IMG/VR virus record: IMGVR_UViG_3300046642_000296
Coordinates: 1-64,000 of that record
Length of the DNA: 64,000 nucleotides
Source: a virus
Direction: 5' to 3' (one strand)
Of this stretch, positions 6,353-16,523 are shown in pieces. Under the pieces are notes generated by a model, which was not told the DNA's origin, did not search any database, and worked only from the letters and a program-made list of their open reading frames with translations. A program made the position numbers and the translations under genes. The number at the start of each line of letters is the position of its first letter. Position 1 is the stretch's first letter.

Positions 6353-8848
6353 ATGCAAGTAGCTGACATTCAAGGCGCTGCCACCGCAGCCACACTCGGT
6401 GCACAGAAGACCACTGCAATGGGCATGGTCGAGGATGCTTCGTTCCTCATGATGCTCTCGACCAACCTGTATTCGAACCAGCAGCTGGCGTGCATCCGTG
6501 AAACGCTGTGCAACGCCTGGGATGCTCACATCGAAGCGGGCACGACCAATGTGCCGGTGAAGATCACGATCACCGAAGAGAACGAGCTGATCATCGAAGA
6601 CAGCGGCCTCGGTATTCCCGATGACCGGTTCGAGCAGATCTATGGCACGTTTGGCGGCTCGACCAAGCGCCAGAACAAGGCCGTCACCGGTGGCTTTGGT
6701 CTTGGCTGCAAGTCGCCCTGGGCTTACGCCGAATCCTTCCGGGTGATCTCCGAGAACCAGGGAAAGAAAGTGATCTACAACCTGGTCAAGGCCAGTGTTG
6801 AAGCCGAAGGCCTGCCGGCCATCACCCGTGTGCTGGAGACGGCTACTGATCGCACTGGCCTCACGGTTCGCTTCCAGCTTCAGGAAAGCGATGTGCGCCA
6901 GATGCGGCACTACATCGAGGCTGTGGCCTGCCACGGTGACATGCTGGTGGATCTGCATCACATGGGCCGCAAGGAAGCGGTGACCAACGAAGAGATAGGT
7001 GTCGAGCGTCTGCGCACGATCAACCTGGATCCGACACCAGGCAGCTACGACGTGAGCGACAGCTGGTATCACCACTACATGGGCAACCATCAGCTGTTCG
7101 TACGCTACGGTGCAGTCATCTATCCGATGCTGCAGACACCCGGCACACAGAAGGCAGTGGATCTGCTCAGGCAGTTCATGGAGATCGTCGGCTTCAAGCG
7201 CATGGTCGTGCAGGCGGCGCCCGGTACGCTGGCACTGACCCCGAACCGTGAAACGCTCTCGTCGAGCAAGATGACCGAGAACGGCATCACCGATTTGTGC
7301 GTGGCACTCGTCGCCCGCATCGAAGACGACATCATCAAGCAGATCCCGGCATCGATCCTGCAGGCAGCGGAGCGGCTGGCCAAGGGTGACCAGTTCCACA
7401 CGTCGCTGGAGCATTACGCCAGCCTCTCGGATGCGATCACACCGGTCCCGGTTCGCCGCTATCTAAGCTCGCAATTGGGCATGGCCAAGTACGCCAAGTA
7501 CCTGGCCATGCTGAAAGCGGCTGAGCACCGGGGCTTCAAGAACGCTCACGTGTTCCAGAAGAAGTCGTCGACGCATGAGTTTCACAAGCTGCGCCGGCGC
7601 ATGGTCGGCAAGCACTGGAAGGACAGGGACGCCGTGAAGTTTGCATTCCTCAAGCATCACGTCCTGCGACCAGTCTCGCGTGTGTTCCAGAAGCATGCTG
7701 AGCTGCTGAAGCTGAGCGAGTTCCACTGCTCGGAACATTTCTATCACGGCAATTCCAATCGGCATCCGTCGTTGCTCGTGGACCTTGATCTGGATAACTT
7801 TGCGCACATGCAGCAGCTGCTGGACACGCCCACCGTGTTCATCACTTCGCGCATCAAGCGGTTCAAGGACACCCTTGATTGCTGCCCGTGGATCACGCAC
7901 GGCGCGGCGTCGTGGACCTACCGGATTGTGCCGAACGACGTGCGTAAGCCCGCCATCATCAAGGCGTTCGAGGACGCTGGCATGAAGGTCATCGACATCA
8001 CGCTCAACCATGACTGGGATGACGTGGCAGCCGAGCTCGAGGAGGAGAAGCTGCGCCGTGCAGCAACCCGCCGTGCGCGGTCGGGCCAGCTGGATCTGCC
8101 CGTCGGCTTGAAGAAGACGCCCAACGCACTGATGTCGCTGTGCAACGTCTACGACGAGGCCGGTCGCCGCAAGATGGGCCACGACCGCATCAAGCTGATG
8201 AAGTCGGATCTGGAAACAACGGACACCCCGCTTTTCTTCGTGCCGCTCGAATCCGTCTCCTCTGGCTCGCTGGGCCGCTTTGGTTCCTACCTGGATCTCA
8301 CTGATGAAGAGCGCAAGCTCGGCGTCGTCGTGCGTACCGGGACGGAAAAGAACATGGCCATCAAGCGCGGTGCCGTGCACGTCGACAAGTTCCTCGCCCG
8401 GCGTTTGTGGGATCGGGTCCAGTCGAAGGAGTACCAGACCTACCGCACGAAACAGTGTAGGTCCGCAGTGTTCGACGACCATCACATCGACCCGGATCTG
8501 GTCACGCTGCTCGATTACCTCGGCATCAAGCTCGCAGGCTTTGACAAGCTCAGGGATGACCCGGACATGGATCGTGTCACGGATCGAATCAAGTCCCTGA
8601 CGGGCAATGACTTCATGTGGACCATCGAAAACCTGCCCACGGAGCAGCTGCAGCATTACTCCAACGTGCAGGGTTCCATGCTCGAAGAGTTGCCGTGCGT
8701 GAAGAAGCTCAAGGCATTGAAGGATGACTGGATGCTGTCCGGGCTGCTGTCCAACGTCAGCCATCCGCTGGACCGGATCAAGGAATCTCCCGAGCGCCAT
8801 GCCGCTCTCAAGTCGCTCGTCATGAGCGTATTCAAAAACGGAAACTGA
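6353..8848 (+). CDS. rIIA: rIIA-like protein (GHKL/Hsp90-type ATPase N-domain; N4 gp33-like)
   Basis: Motifs LYSNQQLACIRETLCNAWDAH, IEDSGLGI, GGSTK and GGFGLGCKSPWAY; adjacent to rIIB. Confidence 0.88.
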   Translation: MQVADIQGAATAATLGAQKTTAMGMVEDASFLMMLSTNLYSNQQLACIRETLCNAWDAHIEAGTTNVPVKITITEENELIIEDSGLGIPDDRFEQIYGTFGGSTKRQNKAVTGGFGLGCKSPWAYAESFRVISENQGKKVIYNLVKASVEAEGLPAITRVLETATDRTGLTVRFQLQESDVRQMRHYIEAVACHGDMLVDLHHMGRKEAVTNEEIGVERLRTINLDPTPGSYDVSDSWYHHYMGNHQLFVRYGAVIYPMLQTPGTQKAVDLLRQFMEIVGFKRMVVQAAPGTLALTPNRETLSSSKMTENGITDLCVALVARIEDDIIKQIPASILQAAERLAKGDQFHTSLEHYASLSDAITPVPVRRYLSSQLGMAKYAKYLAMLKAAEHRGFKNAHVFQKKSSTHEFHKLRRRMVGKHWKDRDAVKFAFLKHHVLRPVSRVFQKHAELLKLSEFHCSEHFYHGNSNRHPSLLVDLDLDNFAHMQQLLDTPTVFITSRIKRFKDTLDCCPWITHGAASWTYRIVPNDVRKPAIIKAFEDAGMKVIDITLNHDWDDVAAELEEEKLRRAATRRARSGQLDLPVGLKKTPNALMSLCNVYDEAGRRKMGHDRIKLMKSDLETTDTPLFFVPLESVSSGSLGRFGSYLDLTDEERKLGVVVRTGTEKNMAIKRGAVHVDKFLARRLWDRVQSKEYQTYRTKQCRSAVFDDHHIDPDLVTLLDYLGIKLAGFDKLRDDPDMDRVTDRIKSLTGNDFMWTIENLPTEQLQHYSNVQGSMLEELPCVKKLKALKDDWMLSGLLSNVSHPLDRIKESPERHAALKSLVMSVFKNGN

Positions 8849-8849
8849 A

Positions 8850-10901
8850 ATGCAAAAGACACTCGTGACCATCGCGGCCCTGTCGGTGGATACCCGTCAT
8901 GCCGTGCTGTATCTGATGGATGGTTCGACCATGACCATCGCTCAGGGAGACGCCCGTCTCCCGCGGATCGTGGCCGAATCGAGGACGGCACTCGAAGCCG
9001 GCCGGCTCGTCCAGGTGGATGTGGCGCCGGTGATCGTTCAACGCACCGAGTTTAACGATGCGGAGAAGGGCACCAAGGGCGTGGTCAAGTTCTTCCGGGT
9101 GGCGAAAGCCTTCCTGAAGAAACTGGTCGATACCGAGTCGCCGGAGAAAGTCGACGAGGCGGTGGCGCATGTGTCGCCGCTCGAGATCGGCGTATTTCCC
9201 GGCCAGGGAACCAAGGAAGAGGATGACACTGCAACTCAGGCGCCGGCTGTGGTTGATGCGGCTCCGATTGCGGAGAAGTCGCCGGCCGACATGACCACGG
9301 ACGAGCTCGCCGCCGAACTTCAAGAGTTCGCCCAACCCGTGCAAAACGCAACTACCCGTCAGACACCGGCAGCGCAGACCAATGACCAGAAGCTGGACGT
9401 AGCGCGAGAGCGCATGCTGCAGCTGGTCGGCAACAGTGTGGGCACCGACCGTGCCGAGTTCCATACACCGCTGGGCGATGGGGAAACGATCGTGGCGGTG
9501 CACGAAAAGACCGGCACGATCATCCCGGATGCACACAAGCTCGCCCGCCAGCTGCGTTCGGCCCAGAAGCTCCAGGACTACACCGGTTTCACCCGGTTCG
9601 TGGAACGGCTCTCGCTCATCATCAACGACCGCACCCACTCGGTTGAAGACTTGATGAAGTTCATCGAGAAGGGCGATCTGCCGATTGCCGATGATGGCTG
9701 CATCGTCATCTTCAAGCGACTGAACAAGCGGGGCGATCACTTCGTCGACGTGCACTCGGGCAACATCAAACAGAAGGTTGGCTCGTACGTGTTCATGAAG
9801 CCGGGCCTGGTGGATCCGAACCGTCGCAAGGATTGCTCCAATGGTCTGCATGTGGCATCGCTCAGCTATCTCGGCGGTTTCAGCGGCGATGTGACGGTGC
9901 TGGCCAAGGTCCGTCCCGAAGATGTGTTTGCGGTACCGGAGTACGCACACAACAAGATGCGGGTCTGCGGCTACCACATCCTGGCGAACCTTCCGGACAA
10001 GCTGCGCACCCTGGTCAACGGCGGTGGCTCGATCAGCAGTGATCCGGACGGCGCCCAGCTGCTGGCCAATGTGCTGCGTGGCAATCACGTGAGCATCACC
10101 CAGCACGTCGAGGTCGGCGGCCACCAGGGTTCCAACGTGACCTACACGGATGTGCAGGTGAACACGGTCGAGGAACTGCCGGTAAAACTGGCCCATGCCG
10201 AGACGCTGGACATGGTGGAGGAACTGACGGCCAAGGTTCCGGTGGCACCCGAAATCAAGGCTGCGGACCTGGTACCGATTCCGGTGATAAAAAACCTTAT
10301 GTCAAATTCGACGGAAAAGGAGGCAGAAGCCGACAGTTTCGAGCAGAAGCTGGCAGAAGAAATCGGCGGCACTGCCCCGGCAGATAACCCTGCTCCTGTC
10401 GTGGATTCGGCAACGAACACCGGCACTGTTGTCGCCGAACCACAGGAAAAAGCGGCCAAGCCTCAGACCCAGGCAGACCGGGCAAAGCAGCTTTACAACG
10501 CCTGGCACGATGCGATGACCTATCCCCAATCGGTCGCTGCTGCCCGTGAGCTGCGTGAGTTCAAGAAGCAGACGCGCAAAGGCTGGACTGCACTTGGCTT
10601 GGCGGCTGATACGGGAGACGCACTGGACAAGCAGCTCAATGCCAGTCCAGTTCCGGCCAAGACCAAGCCAGTCAAGGCTGCGCAGGCGGTGAAGTCCGTG
10701 AGCAAGCCTAAAGACAAGGCGTCAGCCAAGTCTCAACCTGACCCCCAAGTTAACCTGGGGAAAGGTACGGACCTGGAGGATCCAGTCAAGGCAGCCAACC
10801 GTCTGCTGAAGGAAGGCAAAAAGACTAACGTCGAAATTGCCCAAGCCACCGGCCTCTCCAAGGATCAGGTCTACCGCCTGAAGAAGAAACTGAAGTCTTA
10901 A
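8850..10901 (+). CDS. rIIB: rIIB-like protein (N4 gp34-like) with C-terminal HTH
   Basis: Motifs LPIADDGCIVIFK, CSNGLHVAS, KVRPEDVFAVP and KMRVCGY. Confidence 0.88.
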   Translation: MQKTLVTIAALSVDTRHAVLYLMDGSTMTIAQGDARLPRIVAESRTALEAGRLVQVDVAPVIVQRTEFNDAEKGTKGVVKFFRVAKAFLKKLVDTESPEKVDEAVAHVSPLEIGVFPGQGTKEEDDTATQAPAVVDAAPIAEKSPADMTTDELAAELQEFAQPVQNATTRQTPAAQTNDQKLDVARERMLQLVGNSVGTDRAEFHTPLGDGETIVAVHEKTGTIIPDAHKLARQLRSAQKLQDYTGFTRFVERLSLIINDRTHSVEDLMKFIEKGDLPIADDGCIVIFKRLNKRGDHFVDVHSGNIKQKVGSYVFMKPGLVDPNRRKDCSNGLHVASLSYLGGFSGDVTVLAKVRPEDVFAVPEYAHNKMRVCGYHILANLPDKLRTLVNGGGSISSDPDGAQLLANVLRGNHVSITQHVEVGGHQGSNVTYTDVQVNTVEELPVKLAHAETLDMVEELTAKVPVAPEIKAADLVPIPVIKNLMSNSTEKEAEADSFEQKLAEEIGGTAPADNPAPVVDSATNTGTVVAEPQEKAAKPQTQADRAKQLYNAWHDAMTYPQSVAAARELREFKKQTRKGWTALGLAADTGDALDKQLNASPVPAKTKPVKAAQAVKSVSKPKDKASAKSQPDPQVNLGKGTDLEDPVKAANRLLKEGKKTNVEIAQATGLSKDQVYRLKKKLKS

Positions 10902-10924
10902 GTGTCTGCTAACGCACACTAGGT

Positions 10925-10992
10925 AAGCTCCGTCTCCTTTCAAGTTAACTCTAGGAATGGCAAACTAGAGGTTATTTTTAGGAGCGGAGTTT
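10925..10992. promoter_or_regulatory. Imperfect inverted repeat containing the 18-bp motif upstream of the HTH gene
   Basis: AAGCTCCG..CTCCT..AACTCTAG / CTAGAGGTT..AGGAG CGGAGTTT; the motif copy CTAGAGGTTATTTTTAGG is at 10965-10982. Confidence 0.6.
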
Positions 10993-10995
10993 CCC

Positions 10996-11340
10996 ATGTC
11001 TTCAGTTTATCGGTCGAACCGTAAAGCCACGGACGACGACATCATCCGGTTAAACAGTGTCGGATTGTCCTTGTCCACCATTGCCAAGATCCTGGACTGT
11101 CACCCAACCACGATCACCCTACGTTTGAAGGCGCTCAACATTGCTCCTGCAGACACACGTCGAACCTTCATGGAAGACGTGTTCATGTCCTTGTCGCCTC
11201 AGCAACAGAAATGGTTAGCTGAGCAGCTTGGTCCCCATATTTCTATCAAGGATTACGTGAGAAACCTGCTGGTCAAGGAGTTTCTAACCAAGTCCAAGTC
11301 AAGTGGAACGAAAGATGAGCAGCAAAAAGAAACAGCATGA
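10996..11340 (+). CDS. HTH DNA-binding protein (N4 gp35-like)
   Basis: HTH pattern GLSLSTIAKILDCHPTTITLRL; N4 synteny. Confidence 0.8.
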   Translation: MSSVYRSNRKATDDDIIRLNSVGLSLSTIAKILDCHPTTITLRLKALNIAPADTRRTFMEDVFMSLSPQQQKWLAEQLGPHISIKDYVRNLLVKEFLTKSKSSGTKDEQQKETA

Positions 11341-11815
11341 AGCTAATACCCTGAGTGCTACCTTTGCCTGGTTCGAAGAGGCAAGACCCACTCCTACCAG
11401 CAAGCAATTCAGCACCCAACTTGGGGTTCACTTTGAAGAAGTCAGTGAGATGGTTGAAGAACTCACGCCGACCAATCACAAAGCCGCTGTGCTACTGCAC
11501 GAAGCGAGGGTAGCCCTCAAGGCATTGGCAACATACCTCAAGGAAACAGACGGCGGAGTGACCGTCGATACGCCCGACCGTGCCAACTTCCTTGATGCCA
11601 TCTGTGACCAGATCGTGACTGGGACCGGTGTCGCTCATCACCTCGGCTTCCAGGTGGTCGACGCTATGGATGAAGTCAATGCATCCAACTGGTCAAAATT
11701 TGTCGACGGTAAAGCTATCGTCGACGCCAACGGCAAGATCATGAAGGGTCCGGGCTACTTCAAGCCCGATCTCTCGGCCTTCGTCCCCGCCCGCATCCCG
11801 GTCCTCTCGGACTGA
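11315..11815 (+). CDS. MazG-like/PRA-PH nucleoside triphosphate pyrophosphohydrolase (N4 gp36-like)
   Basis: Motifs HFEEVSEM, FLDAICDQIV, EVNASNWSKF and GKIMKGPGYFKPDL. Confidence 0.85.
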   Translation: MSSKKKQHEANTLSATFAWFEEARPTPTSKQFSTQLGVHFEEVSEMVEELTPTNHKAAVLLHEARVALKALATYLKETDGGVTVDTPDRANFLDAICDQIVTGTGVAHHLGFQVVDAMDEVNASNWSKFVDGKAIVDANGKIMKGPGYFKPDLSAFVPARIPVLSD

Positions 11816-11883
11816 CTCCCCTATTCCCGTTCCCTGGCTCTCCCCTCTTTTGGGCAGAGCCTGGCTCAACACGCCCGGAGGCA

Positions 11884-13185
11884 ATGTTGGAACAACTCAA
11901 AACCGTCCCGCTGAACCAGGGACAGCAGGCAGCGGCCGATGGTTTCTTCCAGTTCCTGTTCGGGACTGACAAGGAACTGATCATGTCCGGCCCCGGTGGC
12001 GTGGGCAAGACCTTCCTGATGGGTTACCTGATCGACCAGGTGATGCCGCAGTATCTGTCCACCTGCAAGATGATGGGCATTCCAGCCGAGTACACCGATG
12101 TCGTCATGACGGCGACGACCAACAAGGCAGCCGAAGTGCTGACTGAAGCGACCGGGCGCCCCTGCTCCACCATCCACTCGTTCCTGAATCTGACCATGCG
12201 GGAAGACTACAAGACGGGACGGGTGCACCTGACGAAGGGTGCGAAATGGAAAGTGCACCAGAGCACGATCCTCTTCATCGACGAATGTTCGATGATCGAC
12301 AGCGATCTGCGCCGGTATATCCTGGAAGGCACGGCCCGCTGCAAGATCGTCTACGTGGGTGATCACTGCCAGCTCGCACCGGTCACCGAAACACTCTCGC
12401 CGGTCTACCGGGACAAGCTGCCGTTCTTCGAGCTGACCGAGCAGATGCGCACGAACATCGGCGCACTGCAGGCGACCAACCTGCAACTGCGCCAGACGGT
12501 CGAGACCGGTGAATTCAAGCCGATCCGCATCATTCCTGGCGTCATCGATCTCCTGTCGGATGAGGAGATGGAGTATGAGATCGGCCGGCAGTTTGCCGAG
12601 CAGACGCATGACAAGCGCATTCTGGCGTATCGCAATGACCGTGTTATTGAGTACAACGAACATATCCGGGGTGTGCGGCAACTGCCGGAACAGTTCGTCA
12701 AGGGCGAGTTCCTGGTCAACAACAATGCGATCACGCTGAGCAACGGCATGATCCGCGTTGAGGAAGAGGTCGAGATCGAGAGGCAGGACGATCCGGAAAT
12801 GATGCCGGTCGATCACAACGTCGAGCTCGAGTACCGCCTGACCACGCTGAAGAATCGACGCGGCGAGATGTACTACAACGCCATGGTGCCGGTGGACCGC
12901 GAGCACCACCTGAAGCTCATCAAGTATTACGCCAAACAGAAGAACTGGGACCGTTACTTCTTCCTGAAGAACAACTTCCCGGACCTTCGCCAGCGTGATG
13001 CAGCGACCACGCACAAGGCACAGGGCTCCACTTACGACACGGTGTTTATCGACGTTGGCGACCTGTCCACCTGCCACAACCCGAACGTAGTGGCCCGGCT
13101 ACTGTATGTCGCGTTCACCCGTGCTCGCCAGCGGGTGATGCTTTACGGTACCCTGGCCGAAAAGTACGGCGGGCTCATCAACTAA
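11884..13185 (+). CDS. SF1B Dda/RecD-like DNA helicase (N4 gp37-like)
   Basis: Motifs GPGGVGKT, FIDECSM, VGDHCQLAPV, TTHKAQGST and LYVAFTRAR. Confidence 0.92.
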   Translation: MLEQLKTVPLNQGQQAAADGFFQFLFGTDKELIMSGPGGVGKTFLMGYLIDQVMPQYLSTCKMMGIPAEYTDVVMTATTNKAAEVLTEATGRPCSTIHSFLNLTMREDYKTGRVHLTKGAKWKVHQSTILFIDECSMIDSDLRRYILEGTARCKIVYVGDHCQLAPVTETLSPVYRDKLPFFELTEQMRTNIGALQATNLQLRQTVETGEFKPIRIIPGVIDLLSDEEMEYEIGRQFAEQTHDKRILAYRNDRVIEYNEHIRGVRQLPEQFVKGEFLVNNNAITLSNGMIRVEEEVEIERQDDPEMMPVDHNVELEYRLTTLKNRRGEMYYNAMVPVDREHHLKLIKYYAKQKNWDRYFFLKNNFPDLRQRDAATTHKAQGSTYDTVFIDVGDLSTCHNPNVVARLLYVAFTRARQRVMLYGTLAEKYGGLIN

Positions 13186-13197
13186 AGGGCATTTCCC

Positions 13198-13704
13198 ATG
13201 GATCGTGACGACATTTACCCCCTGATTGAGGGGATTAAGGCGAAGCTCTTTGAGCCTGAAACTCGCCGGCTGGCGAAAGCCATCGATCACCTGGTCGAAC
13301 AGCACGACGAGATCAACCGGGATCACACCATGGGCTTCATGTTCGGCGGTGAGGTCTACCGCCACAGCCGCAGCAACACCATCTACAAGAGCTGGCCCAT
13401 GCTCGCCTGGGCACTGAACGAGGAGATGGAGAAATGGCTAAAGGACAGAAAGGCCGTCGAGCTCGACCGGGACCAGATCGGCCAGATGCTCTTCCGGCTG
13501 CAGTCAGCAGTGCTGACATCGGACACGGTGCAGGAAAAGCGGGATGCGCTGCCGGAGTGTCTGGTCTGTCTGGTTCCGCAGTTCCGGGGGCTGGAGCGCC
13601 GGTTCAACACGCGCTTTTTCCTGCGCACGGAGCGGGACATCCGGCAGTACAGCAAGATCCTGCCGAAGATCGAGATGTATGCAATGGCAAGCCTGATTTA
13701 CTGA
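13198..13704 (+). CDS. Conserved hypothetical protein (N4 gp38-like)
   Basis: Lies between the helicase and the DNA polymerase; has RDALPECL. Confidence 0.75.
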   Translation: MDRDDIYPLIEGIKAKLFEPETRRLAKAIDHLVEQHDEINRDHTMGFMFGGEVYRHSRSNTIYKSWPMLAWALNEEMEKWLKDRKAVELDRDQIGQMLFRLQSAVLTSDTVQEKRDALPECLVCLVPQFRGLERRFNTRFFLRTERDIRQYSKILPKIEMYAMASLIY

Positions 13705-13712
13705 GGAAGGAC

Positions 13713-16379
13713 ATGCGTTACCACTTTTACGCCGAGCAGCCGGAATACCCGCTCTGTCTGCTGGTCGGCCAGATTCGCAAGGACGACATCCGTCAGGCGT
13801 ACTTCACCGAGTCGGGTGTGGACGCCGATGACTGCATGGTGCTCGACCTGCATCTGACCGGCAAGAAGACGCCCGTGTCCGAGATCAAGCAGTACATCAC
13901 GGAATGTCTGCAGCCTGTGCTCGATGACTACAGGGTGCAGTATGTCCTGTGCACGGACAGCAGCTATTTCAAGGTGTTCACTGGTGTGGCCAAGGTCGAT
14001 GCCAATCTCGGGTACGTGCTGGACTCGAAGTTCGGAGACCAGAAGGTGATCTTCGCGCCGGGCTATCGTCAGATTTTCTACGACCCGGCCGGCATCAAGA
14101 CGAAGATCGCACGGGCCATGGAAGCGATCGTGGCTCACGCCACGAATGCCTACAAGGATCCGGGTCACGGCATCATCAAGTTCGCGGAGTATCCGCAGAC
14201 CGATGAAGCGATCGAGGCGTGGCTCACCAGGCTGCTGGAGATGGATTGCGCCCTGTCGATAGACATCGAGGCGTTCAGCCTCAAGCACTATGACGCCGGG
14301 ATTGGCACGATCAGCTTCGCCTGGAACCAGGGGGAAGGGATTGCGTTCCCCGTCGACTATGTGCCGATCGAGGGCGCCACCGAAGCCCCGTACGGTGTGC
14401 AGGTGCGAAACGAGCGCCGGCGTGCGATGTTGCGGGAGTTCTTCATCCAGATGGCCAGGAAGAAGCTCTTTCACAACATCGCGTACGACGCCTATGCGCT
14501 GATCTACCAGCTGTTCATGGATCACATCTGCGACACGGAAGGCCTTCTCTGGGGGCTGGAAGTGATGCTGGGCGAAGGCGAGTGGGACTGCACGAAGCTG
14601 ATCACCTATCTGGCGACCAACTCGTGCGCCGGCAATGAACTGGGCCTGAAGATCCAGGCTCAGGAGTTCGCCGGCAACTACGCCCAGACCGACATCGAAG
14701 ACATCTGCAAGATCCCGCTGCCGGTGCTGCTCAAGTACAACCTGGTTGACTCCCTGTCCACCTGGTATGTGCACGACAAGCACTACCAGACCATGGTGGC
14801 TGATCGGCAGTTAGGTGTCTATCAGACACTCTTCCAGCCGGCCACGCTCGACATTGTGCAAATGCAACTCACCGGTATGCCAGTGAGCATGGGACGGGTG
14901 CTGCAAGTCGAGGCAGCGCTGCAGGCTGTGTATGACGACGCCGTAGGTCGGATCAAGCAGACCCAGTGCATCCAGCGCTTCGAGTATCGTCTGAAGGAAA
15001 AGTACATCGAGAAGAAGCATGCTGAGTGGAAGGTAAAGCGCATCACATTGGCTGACGTACCGGCCGATGTGGTGTTCAACCCGCGCAGCTATCCGCAGAT
15101 GCAGGATCTGCTTTACGACATGCTGGGCCTGCCTGTCATTTCCTTCACGAAGACGAAGCAGCCTTCAGCCGATGGCGACACGCTGGAAATGTTGCGTAAC
15201 CACACGCAGGACCAGGACATTCTGGATCTGCTGAATGCGCTGATCGACCATGCGGCCGTTGACAAGATCCTGGGCACCTTCATCCCGGCGATGAAGAATG
15301 CACAGCTCGGTCCCGATGGCTGGCACTACCTGTTCGGCAACTACAACCTGGGCGGCACGGTCTCGGGCCGCCTGAGTTCGAACAACCCGAACATGCAGAA
15401 CCTGCCGGCCAATGTGGCGATGGTTATCTCGGCAGCGCTGCTGGCCATGTACCCCTTCCTGGCTCAGTTCACCAAGAAGGGCAAGCTGTCGCTCGGCAAG
15501 GTCATCAAGTACTGCTTCATGGCGCCACCCGGCTGGCTTTTCACCGGGCTCGACTTTGCCTCGCTCGAGGACCGGATCTCGGCACTCACCACCAGGGATC
15601 CGAACAAGCTGAAGGTCTACACCGACGGCTACGATGGTCACTGCCTGCGGTCCTACGCGTATTTCGGTGACCAGATGCCCGACATCGACGGCAACTCGGT
15701 GCCAAGCATCAACTCCATCGAGACGGCCTACAAGATGCTGCGGCAGGATTCGAAGGCGCCCACCTTTGCTCTGACCTATCAGGGCACCTGGAAGACGCTG
15801 ATGACCAACTGCGGCTTCCCGGAAGAGAAGGCGAAGATGGTGGAGGCCAAGTACAAGGCGCTCTACCAGGTGTCGATCGACTGGGTGCAGGCCAAGCTCG
15901 ACCAGGCCTCGAAGGATGGGTACGTTACCGCGGCGTTTGGTCTGCGCGTGCGCACTCCCCTTCTGGCTCAGGTCATCCGGGGCACGAGCAAGACGCCTCA
16001 CGAAGCGGAAGCCGAAGGCCGCACGGCCGGCAATGCGCTCGGGCAGAGCTGGTGTCTGCTGAACTCCCGCGCCAACATGGAGTTCATGCAGGGTGTACGC
16101 AAGTCGAAGTTCCGCACCGCCATCCGGCCCTGCGCACAGATCCACGATGCCGGGTATTTCCTGATCCGGGACGACATTGATGCCCTGCTCTACACCAATG
16201 AACATCTGGTGAAGGCCGTTCAATGGCAGGACCACCCGGACATTGCCCACCCTGATGTCAAGCTGGGCGGCGAACTGTCCATCTTCTACCCCGACTGGTC
16301 CCAGGAAATCACCATCCCCAATGGTGCGTCTGAAGCCGAGCTCGTCGAGGTCATCGAGTCGGCCATGGAACCCGCGTAA
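13713..16379 (+). CDS. Family A DNA polymerase (N4 gp39-like)
   Basis: Exo motif DIEAFS, plus GTVSGRLSSNNPNMQNLP, motif A DFASLEDR, motif B RQDSKAPTFALTYQG and motif C QIHDA. GAGGAAGG RBS before ATG 13713. Confidence 0.95.
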   Translation: MRYHFYAEQPEYPLCLLVGQIRKDDIRQAYFTESGVDADDCMVLDLHLTGKKTPVSEIKQYITECLQPVLDDYRVQYVLCTDSSYFKVFTGVAKVDANLGYVLDSKFGDQKVIFAPGYRQIFYDPAGIKTKIARAMEAIVAHATNAYKDPGHGIIKFAEYPQTDEAIEAWLTRLLEMDCALSIDIEAFSLKHYDAGIGTISFAWNQGEGIAFPVDYVPIEGATEAPYGVQVRNERRRAMLREFFIQMARKKLFHNIAYDAYALIYQLFMDHICDTEGLLWGLEVMLGEGEWDCTKLITYLATNSCAGNELGLKIQAQEFAGNYAQTDIEDICKIPLPVLLKYNLVDSLSTWYVHDKHYQTMVADRQLGVYQTLFQPATLDIVQMQLTGMPVSMGRVLQVEAALQAVYDDAVGRIKQTQCIQRFEYRLKEKYIEKKHAEWKVKRITLADVPADVVFNPRSYPQMQDLLYDMLGLPVISFTKTKQPSADGDTLEMLRNHTQDQDILDLLNALIDHAAVDKILGTFIPAMKNAQLGPDGWHYLFGNYNLGGTVSGRLSSNNPNMQNLPANVAMVISAALLAMYPFLAQFTKKGKLSLGKVIKYCFMAPPGWLFTGLDFASLEDRISALTTRDPNKLKVYTDGYDGHCLRSYAYFGDQMPDIDGNSVPSINSIETAYKMLRQDSKAPTFALTYQGTWKTLMTNCGFPEEKAKMVEAKYKALYQVSIDWVQAKLDQASKDGYVTAAFGLRVRTPLLAQVIRGTSKTPHEAEAEGRTAGNALGQSWCLLNSRANMEFMQGVRKSKFRTAIRPCAQIHDAGYFLIRDDIDALLYTNEHLVKAVQWQDHPDIAHPDVKLGGELSIFYPDWSQEITIPNGASEAELVEVIESAMEPA

Positions 16380-16454
16380 TAGAATTGTCTTTGGGTGTCT
16401 GGCTCGCTGAAAAGCCCGCTAGACACCGCCAGATTCCTGAAGTAACATCCGTTT

Positions 16455-16472
16455 TTAGAAATAAGTTTGAGG
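16455..16472 (+). promoter_or_regulatory. Conserved 18-bp motif copy
   Basis: TTAGAAATAAGTTTGAGG; a weaker copy is at 16379-16396. Confidence 0.7.
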
Positions 16473-16523
16473 GGAGACGAACAGAATCCGGCTCCCTTTC
16501 CTATCTCTACCGGGACATTCCCA

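Noticed and set aside
13434-13712. Longer 981-aa DNA polymerase start
   Set aside because: It overlaps the gp38-like gene in another frame; the RBS supports ATG 13713.
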